DNA of 64,000 bases, taken from the IMG/VR virus record IMGVR_UViG_3300041411_000080, positions 124,001 to 188,000 of that record. One strand, written 5' to 3'. How positions within the stretch are numbered: the first letter of the stretch is position 1; every line of letters begins with the position of its first letter. Below, piece after piece: positions 56,806 to 64,000 of this stretch. The notes below the pieces were generated by a model. It saw nothing but the letters and a program-made list of their open reading frames with translations, ran no database searches and was not told the origin of the DNA. Both the position numbers and the translations under genes were made by a program.

Positions 56806-57121
56806 CGTTTGTTTCCTTTTGTCGCATCATTGGGGTAACAGCACCCCACAGACCGTTATCAGTTTTCTCTTGATCCGCAGGTCGCTCCACGATCCGATAG
56901 ATCGAGTTCAGAGTTTCCACCTGACCTTCTTCGATACTACCTGCAATGATCGGGGAAGTCCGAGTATCGCCGCCCAGGATGGTACCGTTAGCCAGAACCA
57001 TAATGCCGACAGCGACATTACGACCCACGGCTTGTTCATGACCAGGCCAGAAAGTTTCAGCCGAGACCAGTTCAACGTCACAGATTTGGTAAACAGGTTT
57101 AACGCGTTCTTGATTAGACAT
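56798..57121 (-). CDS. Hypothetical protein (first gene after an early promoter)
   Basis: 107 aa; AAGGA RBS. Confidence 0.65.
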   Translation of the reverse strand: MSNQERVKPVYQICDVELVSAETFWPGHEQAVGRNVAVGIMVLANGTILGGDTRTSPIIAGSIEEGQVETLNSIYRIVERPADQEKTDNGLWGAVTPMMRQKETNDA

Positions 57122-57146
57122 GGTAGATTCCTTCAGGTTGGTTAAT

Positions 57147-57180
57147 TCACAAAAGTAATATAGCCTTGAGTTGGCTTCTA
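57147..57180 (-). promoter_or_regulatory. phiKZ-type early promoter
   Basis: TAGAA-N13-TATATTAC-N4-GTGA. Confidence 0.8.
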
Positions 57181-57570
57181 ATACCAGCTTGCTTGGTTAA
57201 AGGCATCCCGATACGACATGTGGTCAGGTACACCCAGATTTTCTTTTACAGCGTCTTGTATTACAGTAGTCTCGGCTTCGTAGAAACACTCAAAGCGTTC
57301 CAACGGTACACCGATACGTTCTTCTTTGATCGCACGAGCAATCCCCATTCCTTTAGGATATACATAACCCTTTGGCCATGGTCGAGTCGCCGGTTGGTGA
57401 AACCAACTAGGACGTTCTTCTGGTTCAGACCGGCGCCTTACTACAGCGTCGATCTCTTGGAAGTCTTTAACTGCTTGGTTAGACGCACTGAATGCGCCGA
57501 CACCCATTGTTTCTTCGATCTCAGCCAGCATCTGACTGATTCGGCTAATTGGTGTAATACCTATTCGCAC
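57178..57570 (-). CDS. Hypothetical protein
   Basis: 130 aa; GAGGAG plus GTG start. Confidence 0.6.
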   Translation of the reverse strand: MRIGITPISRISQMLAEIEETMGVGAFSASNQAVKDFQEIDAVVRRRSEPEERPSWFHQPATRPWPKGYVYPKGMGIARAIKEERIGVPLERFECFYEAETTVIQDAVKENLGVPDHMSYRDAFNQASWY

Positions 57571-57589
57571 AACTATCTCCTCGTAACGT

Positions 57590-57623
57590 CATAAGACCCC
57601 TGCGGTTAAGCAGGGGCTTTATG
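57590..57623 (-). terminator. Hairpin terminator
   Basis: CATAAGA-CCCCTGC-ggttaa-GCAGGGG-CTTTATG. Confidence 0.8.
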
Positions 57624-58106
57624 TTAATCCCACGCGTTAGTGGTTTCCATCCATGGCGGATAGACCACTACCACTTCATTCGGCATGTGCTCAGCAAAGA
57701 GTTTAATGCTTTCTTTTACATCCGAAAAACTAAGCCCACCGTTTGCACAGCCCAGAGGAGGGACAATGATTTTCCACGTTGGGTCGATATCACCTTCTTC
57801 ACCAACTGAGTCTACCATCCACTGTAAACCAGCAGATATGTATTCGGTCAATGATGGATCTTGCCAGCGATCCTTAGTAGGGAACATCATGTAGTGCTTG
57901 CCGTTATCAGCTTTGTAGATTACAGGATTACCGATTGTAATAATCTTCATCCGACAATCATGACGATAGCGTTCATATAGGTCGGGATGGGCGTCTTTGA
58001 AAGATTTGGCTAATCCTTTGCCCATCACGCCTACACAGTTAACGGTGATTAGATAAAGATCACCTTCTTGACGAAAGATGTCTTGTCCAATTACGAATTC
58101 AACCAT
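57624..58106 (-). CDS. Macro-domain ADP-ribose-processing protein (DarG/TARG1-like)
   Basis: TVNCVGVMGKGLA, FPTKDRW and PPLGCANGGL signature motifs; GGAG RBS. Confidence 0.85.
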   Translation of the reverse strand: MVEFVIGQDIFRQEGDLYLITVNCVGVMGKGLAKSFKDAHPDLYERYRHDCRMKIITIGNPVIYKADNGKHYMMFPTKDRWQDPSLTEYISAGLQWMVDSVGEEGDIDPTWKIIVPPLGCANGGLSFSDVKESIKLFAEHMPNEVVVVYPPWMETTNAWD

Positions 58107-58160
58107 GGTAGGTCTCCAAGTAGATGTGTGTAAATTCACTCATCTAATTGGGCACAATGG

Positions 58161-58334
58161 TTATCTTACTTCTTCGTACACCTTCTTAGCACCAACGATT
58201 GCTGCACAGATACCGGTGAACAGTGCTACAGCGATTACATAATGCTGCGTCACTTCTTTGTTGTGGTGTGCTTTCGCGAATTCTTCCGCGTTAGCTTCTT
58301 TGGACTTCTTTGGATCGTAGAATTTACCGAACAT
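58161..58334 (-). CDS. 57-aa membrane peptide
   Basis: GAGG RBS; helix YVIAVALFTGICAAIVGA; read manually. Confidence 0.55.
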   Translation of the reverse strand: MFGKFYDPKKSKEANAEEFAKAHHNKEVTQHYVIAVALFTGICAAIVGAKKVYEEVR

Positions 58335-58344
58335 ATTGCGTACC

Positions 58345-58512
58345 TCAAAAACCGTTTAGACAGAAAGTTATTAACAGTGTCACAACAAACGTTACAGCTA
58401 TTCGCATTGGTGTTATCACGCGGACCGCAGGGTCATGCATGATGTTCTCTTTCCAATATTTCTCGACAGCCTTTTTATGGGCTTTATCGTAAGCAAATGT
58501 AGCCTTATCCAT
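58345..58512 (-). CDS. 55-aa peptide with a C-terminal hydrophobic helix
   Basis: AGGAG RBS directly after an early promoter; read manually. Confidence 0.55.
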   Translation of the reverse strand: MDKATFAYDKAHKKAVEKYWKENIMHDPAVRVITPMRIAVTFVVTLLITFCLNGF

Positions 58513-58532
58513 TGGTTATTACTCCTGTAGGT

Positions 58533-58566
58533 TCACGATTGTAATATAGGCGTTAAAACGCTTCTA
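58533..58566 (-). promoter_or_regulatory. phiKZ-type early promoter embedded in the 3' end of a gene
   Basis: TAGAA-N13-TATATTAC-N4-GTGA. Confidence 0.75.
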
Positions 58567-58946
58567 ATCTCAATAGTGACTACGATGGCGGTCAGTATAC
58601 CCGTATCATCGCAAACAGTCTGTATCTTCGTTATAGGTCCTTGTAGGGCACCCAAGGATGGTCGGTGGGTCTGGTGTAAATCAATGAATGCCTGAGTGAT
58701 CTTATTTGCAAGTTCTGGGTAAGTATTGCACAGAGCCATAGCCTGACTAATCGAGGCATGATATTCGGTAGAACATTTACTGTAATGGTAATTGCATTGC
58801 GTCTGAAGGTAGAGCATAGCCGAACTATAGAACGTATCCAAGAAAGCCATGAAGTCTACCTTACCGATGGCAGGCTTATTGAACTCGAAGAAGTGATATG
58901 ACCACGACGGATCAATGTGAATCAATATATTCATCGTGGTCTCCAC
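58533..58946 (-). CDS. Hypothetical protein
   Basis: 137-aa ORF. Confidence 0.55.
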   Translation of the reverse strand: METTMNILIHIDPSWSYHFFEFNKPAIGKVDFMAFLDTFYSSAMLYLQTQCNYHYSKCSTEYHASISQAMALCNTYPELANKITQAFIDLHQTHRPSLGALQGPITKIQTVCDDTGILTAIVVTIEIRSVLTPILQS

Positions 58947-58947
58947 G

Positions 58948-60327
58948 TCAAGCGATAGTTACACGTTCATTTTCAGTAGCCCGTACCAAGAACAAACTCA
59001 GGTTGGCGATACCGTCATATTTGGATGTGTTGTTACCGCCGTCCGTAGGGATGCGGTTATCGTTCACACCCAATAGCGTACCGTAGTAGGTCTTAACGGT
59101 ATTACCATCTAGCGTCTGATACTTAACTGGCATACCCGGCTCTAAGAGATCGGGGTTAGATCTGAACCATTGTACGTCAAGCTTCTGGCCACGCTTCTGA
59201 GCCATTGTAGTGTATTGCTTCAATGGGTTACCAGTAAACCGATCTGCTGCCCAACGTACGTTGTTAATACCTTCTGCCAGTGCTTCACTAGCAACCTCAA
59301 AGAGACTGGTAGCTCGATCAATCAACATCCGGTTATCTTTAACCACACCCATTTGCAAAAGCTTCTTGGCATCACCAAAGCGGAAACCGTTGCCCTCTTG
59401 AATATTCTTAGAGGTAGACTGATCTTCACTTAGGTTGTCACCAGTACAAATAATCGTTAGGGATCTTGGGGTATCGAGGAAAGTCTTTTCAGTACCTTTG
59501 AAACGTTCATTCGGCATGTTGATGATGTTAAGCACTTTTGAATGCTTTTGGTATCGTGTTGTATCAAACAGGGGATAAACGTAGAATTGACTGTTCTGAA
59601 TGTACCGCCCCAATCCGGTTGGGTAGACTCCAGCTTCATCGTTCTGTAGGAACCTTGGGACATCCTTCAACATCATCCCATCTGGGAAAGCAATCTGATG
59701 CTGAATCTCTGGGTTAAAGTCTTGTCGCCAAACGTTCATAGTTTCGATACGTTTGTTAGAACCTTCGAAGACTTGGTCAAAGTAATACTTGTGAATCCAA
59801 GTCAACATATCTAACGTGGTCATCTGCCGAAGCGTAACTCCCACAGTGGCCATCATCAGTTTATAACACAACTCATCCACCAGAGTGAACACAACGGATT
59901 TCATACCAACTTGGTTCATCTGTTCACGTGTAGACATGGCAGCAGATTTGTTCGTCAGTGTAGTGTTGTCACCACCCTTAAGATCTAATACCGCCTTAAA
60001 GCGTTTAGTACCTGCAAAGCGTTCCCAGTTACGAGCACTAGAACCCTGCATCAGTGGGGTTTCATTTATGTCAACTTTTAGGTTATCCCGGTAAGGTAAG
60101 ATGTCGTAGGTGTAATCACCCAGCAACATCAGTACCTCAATCTGACGGATATCCCCCAAAGCACCAGTACCGTAGTCGCGTGCCAAGTGAATGTGATCAA
60201 AGCGGTTAGGTTTAATCCACTTACCATTCGCAAGAATGTTAATACTCATACGAGTACTGTGGTAACCTTCACCCGCCGTGACGACACGTTCGGCAGCTTT
60301 ATTAAGTAGCGTTGCATCATAAGACAT
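58948..60327 (-). CDS. Virion/baseplate hub-like protein (gp101-like)
   Basis: 459 aa; GVYPTGLGRY, YVYPLFD and LLEPGMPVKY motifs; synteny. Confidence 0.6.
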   Translation of the reverse strand: MSYDATLLNKAAERVVTAGEGYHSTRMSINILANGKWIKPNRFDHIHLARDYGTGALGDIRQIEVLMLLGDYTYDILPYRDNLKVDINETPLMQGSSARNWERFAGTKRFKAVLDLKGGDNTTLTNKSAAMSTREQMNQVGMKSVVFTLVDELCYKLMMATVGVTLRQMTTLDMLTWIHKYYFDQVFEGSNKRIETMNVWRQDFNPEIQHQIAFPDGMMLKDVPRFLQNDEAGVYPTGLGRYIQNSQFYVYPLFDTTRYQKHSKVLNIINMPNERFKGTEKTFLDTPRSLTIICTGDNLSEDQSTSKNIQEGNGFRFGDAKKLLQMGVVKDNRMLIDRATSLFEVASEALAEGINNVRWAADRFTGNPLKQYTTMAQKRGQKLDVQWFRSNPDLLEPGMPVKYQTLDGNTVKTYYGTLLGVNDNRIPTDGGNNTSKYDGIANLSLFLVRATENERVTIA

Positions 60328-60920
60328 TAGTAAAGGTCCGCCATGTAACGTTCAATGTCATCCACGATGGATACATATGGACGTAGTTCTTCTTCACGAG
60401 CATCCAGCGACGTAACGTATTTGTTGGTAGCCATCAAGTTACGTCGTCTGGACATCTCAACGAAAGAGTCAAAGATACTGGATCGTACCTCAGCTCTAGG
60501 CTCTAGCTTTTTAGCAACACGATAAACTTCCAGAGCCAATGCTTCAAATGAACGGAGGTCTTCCAGTGGCGGCAAATCATTCAAATGAAATGCCTGCTTA
60601 GCGGCCTGTAACATATCTCCCAAGTGATCCTGAATATCAGCGTACATCTGAATGCAGTCAGTCAGGTTCGTGATAGCGAATGAGTGGCCCTCAGCCATGA
60701 GCATAGCTAGGGCAGCGGCTGTGAAGTTTTTATACTCCATCCGACCCATCGCTAGGGTGTCGACTTGTTTGTTACCAGTGACGTTCATAATAGCTTTGCC
60801 ACTGGCAAGGTATTCAGTAGAGACCTCGGTCAAACAACTTGCCATACACTTGTATCGAAGGTTAAATAAGCGCCATGCAGGAGTGTAGCGTTTGCATAGT
60901 TTGAATGGTTCACCGGACAT
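60327..60920 (-). CDS. Conserved hypothetical protein (gp100-like)
   Basis: 197 aa; PPLEDLRSFEALA. Confidence 0.6.
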   Translation of the reverse strand: MSGEPFKLCKRYTPAWRLFNLRYKCMASCLTEVSTEYLASGKAIMNVTGNKQVDTLAMGRMEYKNFTAAALAMLMAEGHSFAITNLTDCIQMYADIQDHLGDMLQAAKQAFHLNDLPPLEDLRSFEALALEVYRVAKKLEPRAEVRSSIFDSFVEMSRRRNLMATNKYVTSLDAREEELRPYVSIVDDIERYMADLY

Positions 60921-60921
60921 G

Positions 60922-62334
60922 TTATTTCCTCAATGTGTAGCCCAGCAAAAGAATCAGAGCAGGGTGGTAGTAGAAGCGTTCAAGGTTATCCCAAGAAAGG
61001 CAGCACTTAACGACAGCCAACAGTTGTTCCTTGTTGATGTCTTCACCACGAATCATTTGCCAAACCAATAGTTCCAGTTTACTTTGAAGCTTAGCGTCTT
61101 CGTAATAGAAGGCTTCAGAGAAAACGTAATAGTCGTCGATTACAACAGGTTTGATATCAGGAGGGAAACTCCATGCCTTGTTGAGATCGAGTTGTTGTTC
61201 AGGTGGTACACGTTGGAACCACTTCTCGTTACGTTGAGCTTGAGTCTGATAAGGACCCTTTGGTGGACGACGTGGTTTACCGGCTTGGTATGGAATACCT
61301 TCAGGACGGCAACGATTCGATCCATCGTAAGCAGAGTCAACATCAGTAGGTGCATCGATTGGATACACCATGCGTGGAATACCCGAGTAACCGATTGCTT
61401 GGAGTTCAGGTTTCCACCGAGAGATCATGGTCATCACAAGATGAGCACGCTCAGTAGCACCGCACCCAATAGCTGGGTTCTGTCTCACCAGCATATCCCA
61501 CACTGTAGGTTCAGACATTACACGTTCAGACTGCACGTTAAGGATTCTTGCTCGACGTAGTGTCCAATCGCGACTGGTATCCAGAATGCTCAGCAACAGT
61601 TTCGTTACAAAGTGATCGTACGTGTGGTTCAGTTGATCTGGTACCAAGAATGTGTAGAACTGAGTGGAGAAGAAGTCTGCGATATAACGCCGAATGATTT
61701 CAGCTCTTACCTTTGCAAACTCTTGTGCCATAGCTTGTTCAGCTTCTGTGACAAAAGGGTTGCAACCGTTAGCGAGTTTATCAGACGACCAGTAATAGGT
61801 AATCTGAGTCTTACGTTCGAGGTCATCGATTTGCTGTTGAGTTAGGAACCCAACCATCTTCCATTCGATAGCGTACGTGGAGTCCCGCATGAATGTTTCA
61901 CGCCGAGCGCTGGTGATCGTAAATATACCGATACGACCATCGCCGATGTTACCAAACATCATGTCCCCTTGGTTAGGGGTAAGTGCTGGATACGTGTGAC
62001 CACTGCCTGTAACACTGAACGTACGAATACGTTCATCTTGGGAGATATCCAAAGGTTGGTTAACCTTAATGTCAATCCCCATGATCCGTTGGTACTGTTG
62101 ATACGGTGGTTCCCGATCTAGGGCCAGCGGAGTTGGTTCTTGTGTGGGTGCCAGGATCTGAGAGAAATACGTTACTCGCCAGTTAGAACCATTGATCCAA
62201 GCCAACATGCTCGATTGAGGCATGTACTTAGTATCAATGGCAATACCCCGATAAGCTTCAGGATAAGCCTTTACCTTGACGGGGTTTACCTGCTCAGAGA
62301 CTGCTACACTCTCATCTTCTTCGTACAAAGGCAT
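60922..62334 (-). CDS. Virion structural protein (gp99-like)
   Basis: 470 aa; GSNWRVTYFSQ, PNQGDM and LERFYYHP motifs; synteny. Confidence 0.65.
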   Translation of the reverse strand: MPLYEEDESVAVSEQVNPVKVKAYPEAYRGIAIDTKYMPQSSMLAWINGSNWRVTYFSQILAPTQEPTPLALDREPPYQQYQRIMGIDIKVNQPLDISQDERIRTFSVTGSGHTYPALTPNQGDMMFGNIGDGRIGIFTITSARRETFMRDSTYAIEWKMVGFLTQQQIDDLERKTQITYYWSSDKLANGCNPFVTEAEQAMAQEFAKVRAEIIRRYIADFFSTQFYTFLVPDQLNHTYDHFVTKLLLSILDTSRDWTLRRARILNVQSERVMSEPTVWDMLVRQNPAIGCGATERAHLVMTMISRWKPELQAIGYSGIPRMVYPIDAPTDVDSAYDGSNRCRPEGIPYQAGKPRRPPKGPYQTQAQRNEKWFQRVPPEQQLDLNKAWSFPPDIKPVVIDDYYVFSEAFYYEDAKLQSKLELLVWQMIRGEDINKEQLLAVVKCCLSWDNLERFYYHPALILLLGYTLRK

Positions 62335-62345
62335 TTAAGTGTCCT

Positions 62346-64000
62346 CTATGTTTTCGGTTTACGTTCAGCAATGATGCCAGCGTAAAGCACGTTGGTTGGA
62401 CCCCAGTTATCACGTCCGATCATCCCACCCCCTGGACCATTAGGACCTGTCTCATCAGGGTTGGTATCACCACGTTGAATCTTGGCGCAATGGATATCGG
62501 ACATCTTAACGATACCAGTACGGAATGTAGGTACGTCTTTAGTCCAATCGGTAGTACCTTCGCCTGGCCACTTAGGATCAACTGTCCTTGGGCGACCTAC
62601 ACCGAGTAGTTGCATTTTCTCGATAGGCTCACGACCAAAGCATGTAAAGAACATTCGAGCCAGTTGCCACAGTACAGTTGGATAACGACGCATCCCTTGC
62701 CAATAGTCGTTAGGGATAGTCAACCAGTCACCATTAACAGAGATCTGAATATGGTAGTAGTAATGTGGATCTAGATCAGTCAACGTCTTAAGCTTGAGTG
62801 TTCCGGGTTCCATTACCAAAGGTACTTTATGGCGTTCACCATTACGGTACAGTCGGATATTAAACAACCCACCGTCAATGAAAGCTTCTGTCCCTACAGT
62901 ATCGAAGAACTCCAATACGTGTGGACTGAACGAGAAACGACCTAACGACTTAAAGTCCATGACGTATTTAAGGTCTTCACAGTCTAGTGCGATCAACCCA
63001 GTAAAGAATGTCAGATGCTCAGGGAACTCATCGGGTGCAACCCATTCGTCTACGTCTGGATACTGGATGTAAGGTAGTCCTCGACGTTGGGCTAGAATGA
63101 AAGCATGTTCCAACGATCCACGTAGATTGGTAGTCTTACGATCCACTTGCTGGTAGTTGTGATACAGGGGAGCCTCAGGACGGAAGATCTTAGGGATAGG
63201 GCATTGATGCACTACCATTGGATATTCAACGTACAAATGAGTAGGACGATCGTAACGACAGATATAACTGAAGTTAACCTCATAGGCACCAGATTTATCT
63301 GAGACCGGCTGTGGCGTCTCTGGAGTGTTGATGAAGTCGAAGTGACCCACGACATCAACTTGACGTTCATAGATCGACAGCTGACCGTGTGTGCCCGTCA
63401 TGGTGGTCATATCAGTAGTTGGTTGAATAAACCGTTCGTCCAACCAATCTTTAAACTCTTTCCCACTAGGCCAAGCTGATTTCTCCATCGTATCGTAGAG
63501 ACCTCTGAACAGAGCCATCAATGGATGTGGAATGTTGTAATGGTACTCGAGGAAGAATGTGAGATCACCTACACCTTGAGACAACCGGATACGCATGTCA
63601 TCAAGCCAACGCTGTGCAATAACAACGTTAGGGGCTTGGTAACGGATATCAATACGGAAGTCAACAAAGCGACGTACTGGACGAACTACAATCCCACGAG
63701 TCTCATCGATAAAGATCGGAAAGTTCTCTTGACACTTAACGGCTGTGGACAAAGTGAAGTTCTCTTCGGCCAGTTCTTCGTAGGTTACTTCCACACGGGT
63801 TTCTGGATCGAAGTGAACGGCGTTAGCGGTATCACAGCAATTACCGAACATCCCGTTATTCATAGGAACTGTTTCAGAACGTCCGGGGAAATATACATTA
63901 GTATCTTTAGGCAGACCCATGAAGTTAGCGATCTGGCTCACGGCACTTACAGATACGGAACGCATGATGGTTTCGTATACGTCTGGTAGAACAATAACGG
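62346..64000 (-). CDS. Virion structural protein (gp98-like), 5' end probably outside the window
   Basis: Frame stays open upstream of ATG 63965 to the edge (...VIVLPDVYETIMRSV...). Confidence 0.65.
   Translation of the reverse strand, partial: VIVLPDVYETIMRSVSVSAVSQIANFMGLPKDTNVYFPGRSETVPMNNGMFGNCCDTANAVHFDPETRVEVTYEELAEENFTLSTAVKCQENFPIFIDETRGIVVRPVRRFVDFRIDIRYQAPNVVIAQRWLDDMRIRLSQGVGDLTFFLEYHYNIPHPLMALFRGLYDTMEKSAWPSGKEFKDWLDERFIQPTTDMTTMTGTHGQLSIYERQVDVVGHFDFINTPETPQPVSDKSGAYEVNFSYICRYDRPTHLYVEYPMVVHQCPIPKIFRPEAPLYHNYQQVDRKTTNLRGSLEHAFILAQRRGLPYIQYPDVDEWVAPDEFPEHLTFFTGLIALDCEDLKYVMDFKSLGRFSFSPHVLEFFDTVGTEAFIDGGLFNIRLYRNGERHKVPLVMEPGTLKLKTLTDLDPHYYYHIQISVNGDWLTIPNDYWQGMRRYPTVLWQLARMFFTCFGREPIEKMQLLGVGRPRTVDPKWPGEGTTDWTKDVPTFRTGIVKMSDIHCAKIQRGDTNPDETGPNGPGGGMIGRDNWGPTNVLYAGIIAERKPKT

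Noticed and set aside
1-64000. tRNA/rRNA genes, introns, inteins, integrases or transposases
   Set aside because: None recognised by eye; tRNAscan and Rfam searches were not possible here.

Overview
This window is a segment of a phiKZ-like jumbo phage genome (nucleus-forming Chimalliviridae type, probably a Pseudomonas phage). Gene order follows the phiKZ gp153 to gp98 block as I recall it: UvsX/RecA recombinase, a virion RNA polymerase beta fragment, a 1448-aa collagen-like fibre, a modular endolysin, an overlapping spanin pair, a RuvC-like resolvase, five gp131-family tail/baseplate paralogues, the portal, baseplate proteins, a non-virion RNA polymerase beta subunit, the major capsid protein, a DnaB-like helicase, two internal head proteins, about 12 kb of small leftward early/accessory genes, and more virion genes. 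All phiKZ gp numbers are from recalled synteny and motifs, not from a search. The most striking unannotated signal is at the capsid stop. The gene ends in CCA-TGA-A, and the same frame continues for 28 codons with no start codon. This stretch encodes RYTEDG-LSL-RYEESG-IA-RGPE, a close copy of the C-terminal motif RYLEAG-TI-RYTEEG-VT-RELE of another virion protein in the window. This suggests programmed stop-codon readthrough that gives a minority of capsid subunits a docking tag. Also seen: a fixed-spacing early promoter motif (TAGAA-N13-TATATTAC-N4-GTGA, 4 copies), a family of CATA-hairpin-TATG terminators, an apparently inactive prohead-protease paralogue, and two hairpin-dense non-coding stretches.
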